The translations under genes were made by a program, and so were the position numbers. Under the pieces are notes generated by a model. That model did no database searches. It was not told the origin of the DNA and was given only the letters and a program-made list of their open reading frames with translations. This document shows, in pieces, positions 19,456 to 28,460 of a stretch of DNA of 64,000 nucleotides; the first letter of the stretch is position 1, and the number at the start of each line of letters is the position of its first letter. The DNA comes from a virus: positions 1 through 64,000 of the IMG/VR virus record IMGVR_UViG_3300017773_000002. The stretch is one strand, 5' to 3'.

Positions 19456-21276
19456 ATGTATAATTGGAAAGTTGTTATCATAACAATACTTCTATTATGT
19501 ACAGTAAGAGTAATGGACCCCAAGTTAGTCGAACAATTCCGACTAAATTATTTTGATTCTCTTCAGTCATATCAAGAACCTATACAATCTGACAACATAG
19601 TCATTGTCGATATCGACGAGAAGGCTTTAGATAAGTACGGTCAGTTTCCATTTAGTCGAGACATATATGCAGACTGGTTAATGTCTTCTCCAGAGAATAG
19701 TGCCTATGTTTTCAATATGGGTTTTACTGAAAAGGATAGGTTCGGTGGGGATGAAAAACTTATATCTTCTATGTCTAATAGGGATGTCATCTTATCCTCA
19801 TTAACAACAAATCAGTTAGAGAGCAACGAGGCGCCTCCTAGGGGGTTCGGCAAACTCGGTAATGGAAATCCTTCTGACTGGTTGTATTCCTACAACGGAA
19901 TAAGAAATCCTATAATGGGAAAGGACTCTGCCGGAGTCGGAACTGTTACTGTCGCCCCTTCTGTAGATGGTATTGTTAGGGAGTCTCCTTTAGCAGTACT
20001 ATCTAACGACCACCTCTATCCTTCTGTTGCTTTAGAGATACTTCGTGTCTGGGAGTTCCAACCCAACCTTGCAATAAAAATAAAAGAAGCTGGAGTGGAG
20101 TGGGTGAGAATGGGTTCACTTCCTCCTATGTACACCACACCAAACTCAAATGTACAAATAGCCTATTGGAACACCTACGAAAGAGTATCCTTTGGAGACC
20201 CTCTACCAGACGAAAAAATAATCATACTGGGTTTGAGCGCCGGAGGATTAGTCAATCCTGTAGCAACTCCTACGGGTGCTATGTTGCCCCATGATATCCA
20301 AGCACACCTAATATCTACTGTGGTGAACGGTATTCAAATACAAAGGCCTTGGTATGCAGATCAGTTAGAAATACTAGTCATCATTATGTCTTCATTTCTT
20401 ATCCTTCTCATAGTCTACAAAACACCGACATGGTTTTCTGCTCTCGGTTCATTAGGAATAATGTCTAGTTGGGTTGCTGTGGGTCATTACTATTGGATGG
20501 AATCTCTTATACTACTGGATGTATTGTATCCGGTGATGTCATCCTTTATAGTATTTGCGCATTCTTCTTTTAATAGATTCTATGTTACTTTCCAACTCAA
20601 AGAGCAGATAAAGAAACAGTTTGGAACTTATCTATCTCCAGACATGGTCTATATGCTTCAGAAGGATCCTTCACTCCTAAAACTTGGAGGAGAGAAGAAA
20701 GAGATGTCCTTTCTTTTTATGGACATATGTGGATTTACTCCTATCAGTGAACACTATAAAAATAAAGACGACCCTGAAGGATTAGTAGAGTTGGTAAATG
20801 AATTCTTAGACGCTATGACAAAAATTATATTATCTAATGGAGGAACTATTGACAAGTATATGGGGGACTGCATAATGGCATTTTGGAATGCACCATTGCC
20901 CTGTGAAAACCATGCTGAAATGGCAGTTAAATCAGCTATTGAAATAGAAGAAAAAACAAATGAACTTAAAGGGATCTATAAAGCCCGCGGCCTTCCTGAC
21001 ATTAATGTTGGTACTGGGATTAACACCGGCGATTGTATTGTTGGCAACATGGGTAGTGAATCCAGATTTGACTATTCGGTTATTGGAGATGCGGTCAACT
21101 TGGCAGCTAGACTAGAAGCTACGGCAGCACGAGGAGATTACTTAGAACATAAGACTATTATATCTAGTTATACACAAGAACAACTGAGTGATAGTTTTAG
21201 ATGTCAAGAAATAGGAAACATAAAGGTTAAAGGTAAGGAAGAACTAATAACCATTTATAAACCCAAACTTATATAA
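19456..21276 (+). CDS. CHASE2-domain class III adenylate cyclase
   Basis: VIVDIDEKAL..GQFP and DGIVR (CHASE2), three TMs, FMDICGFT, DKYMGDC, GDAVNLAARLE. Confidence 0.93.
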   Translation: MYNWKVVIITILLLCTVRVMDPKLVEQFRLNYFDSLQSYQEPIQSDNIVIVDIDEKALDKYGQFPFSRDIYADWLMSSPENSAYVFNMGFTEKDRFGGDEKLISSMSNRDVILSSLTTNQLESNEAPPRGFGKLGNGNPSDWLYSYNGIRNPIMGKDSAGVGTVTVAPSVDGIVRESPLAVLSNDHLYPSVALEILRVWEFQPNLAIKIKEAGVEWVRMGSLPPMYTTPNSNVQIAYWNTYERVSFGDPLPDEKIIILGLSAGGLVNPVATPTGAMLPHDIQAHLISTVVNGIQIQRPWYADQLEILVIIMSSFLILLIVYKTPTWFSALGSLGIMSSWVAVGHYYWMESLILLDVLYPVMSSFIVFAHSSFNRFYVTFQLKEQIKKQFGTYLSPDMVYMLQKDPSLLKLGGEKKEMSFLFMDICGFTPISEHYKNKDDPEGLVELVNEFLDAMTKIILSNGGTIDKYMGDCIMAFWNAPLPCENHAEMAVKSAIEIEEKTNELKGIYKARGLPDINVGTGINTGDCIVGNMGSESRFDYSVIGDAVNLAARLEATAARGDYLEHKTIISSYTQEQLSDSFRCQEIGNIKVKGKEELITIYKPKLI

Positions 21277-21319
21277 ATAATAAATAGTATTTGACAAACA
21301 CATATTTCTGTGTTATAAT
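21272..21319 (+). promoter_or_regulatory. Tandem late and sigma70 promoters
   Basis: TATAAATA 21272-21279; TTGACA-17-TATAAT 21291-21319. Confidence 0.7.
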
Positions 21320-21355
21320 AAGCAAACTGCCACTCTGGAATATAGGAGAAGAAAA

Positions 21356-21607
21356 ATGAGTAATGATATAGTAGTTATGGTAATCTTTTTTTCGGTTATC
21401 GGTGTTTTATTTTGGTTATCTAATAAGGATAAAAAAGTAAAAACAAAACCAATGAACAAAAAAGAATTGGACGAAAAGTATTCTGAACTTTCAAAGATGA
21501 AAGTTAGCGAACTAAAAACTTTCGTTCTTGAGTCAGGAACTTCAGAAAAACTTCCTACTAAAAAGAAAGATCTAATTGAAGCAGCTATTAAAACCTTGGA
21601 AAAATAA
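21356..21607 (+). CDS. TM-anchored HeH (Rho-N/SAP-like) protein
   Basis: N-terminal TM; LSKMKVSELK...KKKDLI. Confidence 0.55.
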   Translation: MSNDIVVMVIFFSVIGVLFWLSNKDKKVKTKPMNKKELDEKYSELSKMKVSELKTFVLESGTSEKLPTKKKDLIEAAIKTLEK

Positions 21608-21610
21608 ATC

Positions 21611-22306
21611 GTGAAAAAGTTTAAACAATTCTGTGAGGAACTGGAACATCTCGAAGAAGGTGTAAATGATCCCGCTATATTTAAAGCGGTGTTCCTTGCT
21701 GGAGGGCCGGGTTCAGGTAAATCTTTTATTGTCGGAAAGACTGCTCTAACTTCATTTGGTTTTCGTGTAATAAATTCGGATGACGCTTTTGAGAATGCGA
21801 TGAAGAAGGCTGGAATGGAGATGAGTCCGGATAATATATTTTCTGTAAAGGGCCAAGAACTCAGAGGAAAGGCTTCAGATCTTACAGCAACTAAGAAAGA
21901 GATGTATCTCAAAGGTCGTCTTGGTATTGTTATCGATGGCACAGGTAAGGATGCTGATAAGATGTTAAAACAGAAGAAAGAACTTGAAAAAATGGGTTAC
22001 GAAACTGCCATCATTATTGTTAATACTAATCTTGATACAGCTGTAGATCGTGATGCACAACGTAAAAGATCTATCGGTAAAAAAATGTTGTCTCCTATGT
22101 GGCAGGCTGTACAAGATAATATTGGAAAGTTTCAACAGATGTTTGGAAAATCTAACACATACATAGTTGATAATAGTGATGGAAAAGATTTTAAGAAAGA
22201 AACTATGGCAGCATATAAAGGTGTGGGACAATGGTCAAAGAAACCTCCATCATCTAGACTTGCTAAGAAATGGGTATCACAAGAAAAGAAAAATAAGACT
22301 AGATAA
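21611..22306 (+). CDS. P-loop kinase (zeta toxin/Pnk-like) with CTS-like N-terminus
   Basis: AGGPGSGKS, INSDD, VIDGT, RxxxR lid; starts MKKFKQFCEE. Confidence 0.8.
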   Translation: MKKFKQFCEELEHLEEGVNDPAIFKAVFLAGGPGSGKSFIVGKTALTSFGFRVINSDDAFENAMKKAGMEMSPDNIFSVKGQELRGKASDLTATKKEMYLKGRLGIVIDGTGKDADKMLKQKKELEKMGYETAIIIVNTNLDTAVDRDAQRKRSIGKKMLSPMWQAVQDNIGKFQQMFGKSNTYIVDNSDGKDFKKETMAAYKGVGQWSKKPPSSRLAKKWVSQEKKNKTR

Positions 22307-22322
22307 TTAAGGAATATATATT

Positions 22323-22502
22323 ATGAAAGAATGGAGTATTGACATCAAGGAAGACCGAAAGGTTTTTGTTGACGGAGATAAACTTGATACTTACGGAATA
22401 AAACTGGAAAGAGAGATAAGACTCTTATCTAATAAGGGTCCTAGGTATAGCAAAAAACTTAATCGACTTAAGAAGTTGCTTAAATTTCATAAAGGATTGT
22501 AG
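22323..22502 (+). CDS. Small basic hypothetical protein (59 aa)
   Basis: AAGGA RBS; open frame fills the gap. Confidence 0.55.
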   Translation: MKEWSIDIKEDRKVFVDGDKLDTYGIKLEREIRLLSNKGPRYSKKLNRLKKLLKFHKGL

Positions 22503-22504
22503 TT

Positions 22505-22786
22505 ATGTGGGAAAATATTGAACGTATGTTTGGTGACACTTTGTGGATCTACACCGCTATAGGTGGAAGTATTCTAGGTGCATTGTTTATTGCTTACATG
22601 AGAGACACTAAGGTTGCTATGTGGGCATTTGGTAAGTGGGACACTCTAATAGATAGTTTAGTTGAGAAGTATGAATGGACTTGGTTAACCCAAGATCCCA
22701 ATGCTTGGAAGAAAGTAAATCCCAATATTGCCAGAAAAATAGATCAACTAGAAGCTAGAATTATAGAATTGGAGAAAGAACTATGA
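22505..22786 (+). CDS. Membrane protein
   Basis: N-terminal TM, C-terminal coiled coil. Confidence 0.65.
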   Translation: MWENIERMFGDTLWIYTAIGGSILGALFIAYMRDTKVAMWAFGKWDTLIDSLVEKYEWTWLTQDPNAWKKVNPNIARKIDQLEARIIELEKEL

Positions 22787-23553
22787 GTATATTATTAAAC
22801 AATGTCCGAGAGAGAAGTTCTCTGTTCGCAAAACTTAGTGCTATCGCTTACCTACCTTTGAAGGAAGCTAAAAAAGAATCTAAGAAACTTGGTTTTACTC
22901 AAGTAGAATTTTATGATAAGGATGGTGCTCAGGCATATCGTTTTCAGAATAAAAAAGATTTGGTTATTGCTTGTAGGGGAACGCAACCCACAGAGTTTAA
23001 TGATATTAGTGCTGATCTTAAAGCAATACCTGTTATTTCCGAAACTATAAGTAGGGTTCACCGAGGATTTAAAGGAGAGGTGGATGAACTCTGGCCTATG
23101 ATAAAAGAAGATCTAGTACCTAAAGTTTTCGCAAAGAGAACTTTGTGGGTGACTGGTCATAGTCTGGGTGCTGCAATGGCAACTATCATAGCTGCAAGAT
23201 GTACTTTGGACGAGGATATGCCCAATGTTGAGGAACTTTATACATACGGTTCCCCTAGAGTTGGTTGGAGAAGATACTGTCAAAGTCTTCCGGTAAAACA
23301 TTACCGATGGAGAAATAATAACGATATTGTTACTACGGTTCCTTTGGTATTGATGGGTTATACTCATCATGGAGATTCTTGTTATATCAATGCCTATGGA
23401 CAGGTTCGTGATCTAACTACTTGGCAAAGAGTCAAGGACAAGTTGAGAGGAATGTGGATGGGTATTAAGGTTGGTCGCATTGATAATTTTAGTGACCATA
23501 ACATTGGTGCTTATATTGAGCATCTGGATAATTGGATAGAAGAGGATAAATAA
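22783..23553 (+). CDS. Class 3 lipase
   Basis: RGT, VHRGF, GHSLGAA, YGSPRVG, NDIV..VP, DH. Confidence 0.92.
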   Translation: MSILLNNVRERSSLFAKLSAIAYLPLKEAKKESKKLGFTQVEFYDKDGAQAYRFQNKKDLVIACRGTQPTEFNDISADLKAIPVISETISRVHRGFKGEVDELWPMIKEDLVPKVFAKRTLWVTGHSLGAAMATIIAARCTLDEDMPNVEELYTYGSPRVGWRRYCQSLPVKHYRWRNNNDIVTTVPLVLMGYTHHGDSCYINAYGQVRDLTTWQRVKDKLRGMWMGIKVGRIDNFSDHNIGAYIEHLDNWIEEDK

Positions 23554-23718
23554 ATGTCATACTTAAAAAAGTTAATGGGTGAAAGAACATCTTGGGACGG
23601 AATCACTTTGGTTGGTATCTGCGGATCGGTTATTTTGTTTGGTGGTATCGCTAAACTTATCGCTTGGGTAGGCCTTGGTTACGGTCTTTGGACATTGTTT
23701 AAGTCTGAAGATAAATAA
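23554..23718 (+). CDS. Small 2-TM protein (54 aa)
   Basis: MSYLKKLMGERTSWDG followed by hydrophobic helices. Confidence 0.6.
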   Translation: MSYLKKLMGERTSWDGITLVGICGSVILFGGIAKLIAWVGLGYGLWTLFKSEDK

Positions 23719-23729
23719 AAAAAAAAGAC

Positions 23730-23758
23730 TTGACATTCCTCTCAGTATGTGGTAAAAT
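23730..23758 (+). promoter_or_regulatory. sigma70-type promoter
   Basis: TTGACA-17-TAAAAT. Confidence 0.7.
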
Positions 23759-23785
23759 GTCTACTTACTACTGAGAGATGTTCAT

Positions 23786-24181
23786 ATGAATTTGTTATAT
23801 ATTTCAGGTCGTATTAAAAACAAAAAACGTGTGGAATCTTACATCCATGCATTATCTAAAGAGTTAGGTATTCACCGACTCCGAACAAAAACAATTACTG
23901 TTACATTTAAAAATGAATTGGATTCCGATGCCCAAGGATATTGTCTGGGTGATAGAGAAGAAGTTGAAATTGATATTGCAAGAAACAGTTGTGGTAATCC
24001 ATTGGATATGGAATCCATGATGAAAACCTTAGCTCATGAGATGGTTCATGCAAAGCAATGGTTGAGAGGAGAAATAAACGATCAAGGTGATACTTGGAAA
24101 GGTATGGAGACTAGTGGAGAAGAACCTTGGGAAGTTGAAGCATACGATCTTGAAGATAGTCTCTATGAAAAATGTTGGTAA
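23786..24181 (+). CDS. HEXXH zinc metallopeptidase-like protein
   Basis: LAHEMVHAKQ...PWEVEA. Confidence 0.8.
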   Translation: MNLLYISGRIKNKKRVESYIHALSKELGIHRLRTKTITVTFKNELDSDAQGYCLGDREEVEIDIARNSCGNPLDMESMMKTLAHEMVHAKQWLRGEINDQGDTWKGMETSGEEPWEVEAYDLEDSLYEKCW

Positions 24182-24187
24182 AATAGG

Positions 24188-24225
24188 TTGACAATACTTG
24201 TTTAATCTGTTATAATACTTGTATT
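24188..24225 (+). promoter_or_regulatory. Early promoter with conserved downstream element
   Basis: TTGACA-17-TATAAT-ACTTGTATT. Confidence 0.8.
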
Positions 24226-24242
24226 GATAATAAGGAGAAGGT

Positions 24243-24425
24243 ATGACACCGTTAGCTATAGCGCATAAAGAATTGTCAGAAGAACTTGAAGGTTTTATTC
24301 TTCTTATGCAAGATGAGGATTTTGATAATTTGCCTGACTATATGTCGGAAAGGATAATTAAAGAAAGAAACCGACTCGAAATGTTACTCGAAGTACTGGA
24401 GGAAGACGATGAATTTATTGAATAA
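24243..24425 (+). CDS. Small acidic hypothetical protein
   Basis: AGGAG RBS downstream of the promoter. Confidence 0.65.
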   Translation: MTPLAIAHKELSEELEGFILLMQDEDFDNLPDYMSERIIKERNRLEMLLEVLEEDDEFIE

Positions 24426-24538
24426 AGTATTACACTTTTTTATGTTGATTACTGGTCATTATGAAATAGAAGCTATAAAAAAATTAAGAAATGACCCAAA
24501 TTATGATTATTATGGAAATTACATTGGAGAAAATATAA

Positions 24539-24760
24539 ATGATGAATACGAATGAAAATTTAAAAACTGTTCTACTAGGATTTCTGTTGCTTTTTGTAAC
24601 ATTCTTATTTTTTGTAACACTAATAAACTCTATAACTATACCTGACGTTTATGTTAGCAACTCTACTGAGGAATGTGTCAAGGTTATTAATTATGATTCT
24701 AATGATAATTATTCATGTGATAATCTTCCTAGTAAGTACCACAAAGTATGGGTGAAATAA
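24539..24760 (+). CDS. Small exported or membrane protein with a Cys pair
   Basis: TM segment then ECVKV...YSCD. Confidence 0.6.
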   Translation: MMNTNENLKTVLLGFLLLFVTFLFFVTLINSITIPDVYVSNSTEECVKVINYDSNDNYSCDNLPSKYHKVWVK

Positions 24761-24761
24761 T

Positions 24762-24974
24762 ATGACCATGGCCTACTGCGACTACATCGCTTACACTATA
24801 CTTCAACCAGCACTAGAAAAAGATAGGATTGGTGAAGGTGTTGTTAAATCTGTTGGTAAGGTTAATATGGATCTTGAACCAGAAGAGGGTTATATGGTAT
24901 CTACATCAAAATGGGTAGATGTTGTCGATGTAAATGGAAAGACGTACAGAGTAACTGTAGAGGAAATCGACTAG
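24762..24974 (+). CDS. Hypothetical protein
   Basis: ORF track; tight packing. Confidence 0.6.
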   Translation: MTMAYCDYIAYTILQPALEKDRIGEGVVKSVGKVNMDLEPEEGYMVSTSKWVDVVDVNGKTYRVTVEEID

Positions 24975-25210
24975 TGACACCGCAAGAGATATCAGACTTC
25001 AAACAATCTTGGATGGGTGAGACGACTTATACGTACTCCACTATGGCGTATTGGACGGCTACATACTTTTGTAAGAATAACTTCGAATCCCAAAACTACC
25101 ACCGTCAAAGACACGCTAACCCAGATGACTCTCACAAATTTTTATTCTTTAAAGTCGAAGACTACCGAGAATTCGTAAACTTCTTTGAAGGATTCGAGTT
25201 CGAATATTAA
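24974..25210 (+). CDS. Hypothetical protein
   Basis: GTG start after AGGA, coupled to the previous stop. Confidence 0.5.
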   Translation: MTPQEISDFKQSWMGETTYTYSTMAYWTATYFCKNNFESQNYHRQRHANPDDSHKFLFFKVEDYREFVNFFEGFEFEY

Positions 25211-25238
25211 TTTTTTTCACTTATTTTGAAAATAATAC

Positions 25239-25276
25239 TTGACAATACTTGCCCAATGAAGTATAATACTTGTATT
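25239..25276 (+). promoter_or_regulatory. Early promoter with conserved downstream element
   Basis: TTGACA-17-TATAAT-ACTTGTATT. Confidence 0.8.
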
Positions 25277-25304
25277 GATTATGAGAACTGAGAGAGAAAA
25301 TATT

Positions 25305-25475
25305 ATGAAAGTTATTAAAGTAGATATAAAAGATGTTAGAGAATTTCGTTCTGGTTATGAACTAGTAGAATATGAAGCTGGTACTGATCCTTTAGATGGT
25401 TTCTGTCTTTTAGGTTTTGACGAAGTTGGAATGTTCTGCGAAAATCCTCGATATGCTTTTGTTGGAGGTCAGTAA
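25305..25475 (+). CDS. Small hypothetical protein
   Basis: First ORF after the promoter; GAGAGAG leader. Confidence 0.55.
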   Translation: MKVIKVDIKDVREFRSGYELVEYEAGTDPLDGFCLLGFDEVGMFCENPRYAFVGGQ

Positions 25476-26164
25476 TGTATAATTACTTTGACTACCCTGA
25501 CTACGACTCTGATGAATATAAGTATAATCAGTACTTAGGGAACCACATAAACAAACAAAATAAAGGCAGTCGTGGTAGAGATACTGAACGAAGTAAGACC
25601 TATAGTGCTGAGTGGGCCTTTCAGAGAAAGATCGAAGACATCGAGTTCAGTACTATCGAAGAAGCTAAAAAATATGCAAAGCGAATATACAAGTCTAAGA
25701 CTTGGAGAAAGCTTTGGATGGAAAGTGTCGAAGAAGACGTGTTGTCATTGATTAGAAGTCAACCTAAGATAGTTGAGATGCAAAGAAAGAGCACTCGATT
25801 TAGTGGTAAGACTGATGGATTCACTGTAGTACTAAACTCTGATGGTGGATTCAATAGGTACACTCTCATTCATGAACTTACGCACTGCCTAGGTCATATG
25901 CATCATGGTAGATCTTTTCGAAGAACTCTTCTGAAATTAGTTGGTACCTTTATGGGAACCAAAGAAAGAGATATTCTTAAGTCCCAATTCAAACGAAGAA
26001 AGCTGTCCGTAGGAAAATCTAGAACTCCTCTCACATTTGATGCGTGGATGGAGTCTCGAAAACGTATGGAGAAGCTTCGAGAAGAGAAAGAGTTCCGTGC
26101 CGAGTGTCTTGCAATGCACGAGAAACTAGAAAAAAGAAGACTAAGAAAATTAGAAAATGCTTGA
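25475..26164 (+). CDS. HEXXH metallopeptidase-like protein (SprT-like)
   Basis: LIHELTHC..HHGRSF. Confidence 0.75.
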   Translation: MYNYFDYPDYDSDEYKYNQYLGNHINKQNKGSRGRDTERSKTYSAEWAFQRKIEDIEFSTIEEAKKYAKRIYKSKTWRKLWMESVEEDVLSLIRSQPKIVEMQRKSTRFSGKTDGFTVVLNSDGGFNRYTLIHELTHCLGHMHHGRSFRRTLLKLVGTFMGTKERDILKSQFKRRKLSVGKSRTPLTFDAWMESRKRMEKLREEKEFRAECLAMHEKLEKRRLRKLENA

Positions 26165-26189
26165 CAATGAATGAAAAGTGTGTTATAAT
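26161..26189 (+). promoter_or_regulatory. sigma70-type promoter
   Basis: TTGACA-17-TATAAT. Confidence 0.75.
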
Positions 26190-26224
26190 TCCCCCTACAT
26201 TAATGATTAAAGTGAGAACTTGTT

Positions 26225-26905
26225 ATGTTCAATCATGTTGATATTGAATTGAAAGAGATGACTGCGGTAACTACCGATAAAGGTCGTCAGTACAGAACAC
26301 CCGAAGGTGTGAACTTACCTTCTATAACTACAGTCCTATCTATTCTAAGTAGGGACTCTATTGCCAAGTGGCGAGCTCGAGTTGGTGAGAAGGAAGCTAA
26401 TAGGATTTCCTATCGTTCATCTACTCGTGGAACTGCCGTTCACGAAATCATTGAAAAGTATATCGACAATGATCCAGATTATCGTTTGGGTTATACTCCC
26501 GATATTGTCGCTTCTCTTAATGATGTCAAACCAATTCTCGATAGTAATATCGATAATGTCTATGCCCAAGAGGCACCCCTCTACAGTAACCATCTTGGTG
26601 TTGCTGGCCGAGTCGACTGCATTGCAGAATATAACGGAAAACTTTCCATCATCGACTTCAAAACTTCTATGAAACCAAAGCGAAAAGATTGGATCAATAA
26701 CTACTTCATGCAAGAAGCTGCTTATGCTATTATGTTTGAAGAAAGAACTGGTAGACCAATAACTCAGTTGGTTACCATTATATCGGTTGATGGTGCGAAT
26801 GAACCACAAATATTTGTCGAACATCGTGACAATTGGGTTCGTCCTCTCAGAGAAACTATCGCAAAATATAATAAGGAACAAGAATCCACTTGCGTTTTAT
26901 TATAA
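26225..26905 (+). CDS. PD-(D/E)XK exonuclease
   Basis: PSITTVL, RGTAVH, AGRVDC, IIDFKTS, Q..AY. Confidence 0.88.
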   Translation: MFNHVDIELKEMTAVTTDKGRQYRTPEGVNLPSITTVLSILSRDSIAKWRARVGEKEANRISYRSSTRGTAVHEIIEKYIDNDPDYRLGYTPDIVASLNDVKPILDSNIDNVYAQEAPLYSNHLGVAGRVDCIAEYNGKLSIIDFKTSMKPKRKDWINNYFMQEAAYAIMFEERTGRPITQLVTIISVDGANEPQIFVEHRDNWVRPLRETIAKYNKEQESTCVLL

Positions 26906-26908
26906 ATA
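26901..26908 (+). promoter_or_regulatory. T4-type late promoter
   Basis: TATAAATA upstream of speD. Confidence 0.6.
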
Positions 26909-26949
26909 GTGGTATAATAATCCACTATAATAAAATAAGGCGTTAGACA

Positions 26950-27318
26950 ATGTTAGTACATAAACATTTGATAATACGTGCTGAGTGCATGGACCCTCCT
27001 ACATGTCCTGAATATGTGGAACGGTGGTTGAAAAATATGGTAGAATTGATAGGTATGAAAGTATGTAGGGGTCCTATCAGCGCATATGTCGATGTAAAGG
27101 GCAACGAAGGAGCTACAGGAGTTGTTATTATAGAAACTTCTCATATCGCAATTCATGTCTGGGATCACAGATCTCCCGCTCTAGTGCAACTTGATGTGTA
27201 TACTTGCGGTGATTTTGAACCACAGAAGATTTTCAATGCACTTAAAGAGTTTGATGTCACTAAACTAGAATACAAATATTTGGATAGAGAACACGAATTA
27301 GTTGAAATACCATTATAA
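26950..27318 (+). CDS. speD: Pyruvoyl-dependent S-adenosylmethionine decarboxylase family protein
   Basis: G.TGVVIIETSHIAIHVW, LDVYTCG. Confidence 0.88.
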   Translation: MLVHKHLIIRAECMDPPTCPEYVERWLKNMVELIGMKVCRGPISAYVDVKGNEGATGVVIIETSHIAIHVWDHRSPALVQLDVYTCGDFEPQKIFNALKEFDVTKLEYKYLDREHELVEIPL

Positions 27319-27323
27319 AGGGC

Positions 27324-27352
27324 TTGACAATTTTTATTTCATAGTGTATATT
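27324..27352 (+). promoter_or_regulatory. sigma70-type promoter
   Basis: TTGACA-17-TATATT. Confidence 0.55.
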
Positions 27353-27387
27353 ATGATTATAAATTAAATTTTACAGGATATTTTAAA

Positions 27388-28455
27388 ATGGCTTATAATT
27401 TTTTTCCAAAAAACGGAGTTGAGCTTTCTGAGGGCATAAAAAATCTTAGTGGTAAGGAACAATCTGAAATTACTACATTGTTTCACTATCTTAAGGAGAC
27501 CACTGGAATGGAGTCTCCAATCAATATAGATAAAAATAAACCTAGAAATGTTAATGTTTCTCGTGCTATTGATGGTACTATAACTTTACAACAAATAAAA
27601 AGAAACGCAAAATTAGATAAAATAAAAATTAAATTCGGAAATGGTAGTTCGGGAAATCGTGGAGTAAACAACCGAGGAAATCTCTTTGAACCTCAGTTTG
27701 CTGATGCTATATTAAAATGGTGGGAAGGTGATACTACAGGTATTAACAAAGAAATGTTAGATGCTATTGAGGATATCGATAATACATATAATCTTCGAGG
27801 AAGTTCTACATTAAAAATTGATGTTGTTGGTGGGGAAAATACCAAAAGGCCTTTAAAATTCTCTCCAACTATATTGTTGACTAACACTAAGGGTACTGGT
27901 AATGATATAGGAAAATCTGTTACTGATATTACATTGCACACAGACTCCGAAAAAATATACCTTTCTCTTAAACTAGGTACAACTACCACCTTTTTCAATG
28001 TTGGGGTTAGAAAAATTTTAACTCCTACCGAAATAAAGAATAATAATATAACAAATGTTAATGGTCTGAAATTATTAAAAACCTTTGGGATAGATTCCGA
28101 TATATTTTGTTCGGTATTTAATCAAACTTTTGATGGGAGAAATTTTCAGAGAAAAATTATTAAATATGACAATAATGCTGTAAAAAAACTTTTAGAAAGT
28201 GGTGTCGGTTACGGTTATCATATCATTCATAAGATGCGTGGAAAGATATTATCTAAACAGATGAATAAAAAATCTATGCAGATAGCATCCAAACCGCAAT
28301 CTCTAACAGTATTTTATGGTGGAAAAACTGGTCGAGGCAGAAGAGTTGACATGGTATTAGAAACTCCAACCTACACCATGAAACTTAATATAAGAGACAC
28401 TCAGGGTGGTGATGGTTATCCTACGCGAATGATGTGCGATTTTACTTATAAGTAA
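27388..28455 (+). CDS. Restriction-endonuclease-like PD-(D/E)XK protein
   Basis: GNLFE...VTDITL....YLSLK; AT-rich. Confidence 0.5.
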   Translation: MAYNFFPKNGVELSEGIKNLSGKEQSEITTLFHYLKETTGMESPINIDKNKPRNVNVSRAIDGTITLQQIKRNAKLDKIKIKFGNGSSGNRGVNNRGNLFEPQFADAILKWWEGDTTGINKEMLDAIEDIDNTYNLRGSSTLKIDVVGGENTKRPLKFSPTILLTNTKGTGNDIGKSVTDITLHTDSEKIYLSLKLGTTTTFFNVGVRKILTPTEIKNNNITNVNGLKLLKTFGIDSDIFCSVFNQTFDGRNFQRKIIKYDNNAVKKLLESGVGYGYHIIHKMRGKILSKQMNKKSMQIASKPQSLTVFYGGKTGRGRRVDMVLETPTYTMKLNIRDTQGGDGYPTRMMCDFTYK

Positions 28456-28460
28456 CTATT

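Noticed and set aside
21611-22306. Zeta toxin-antitoxin module
   Set aside because: No epsilon-like partner adjacent; the CTS-like leader and Pnk-like motifs fit another role, though the substrate is unknown
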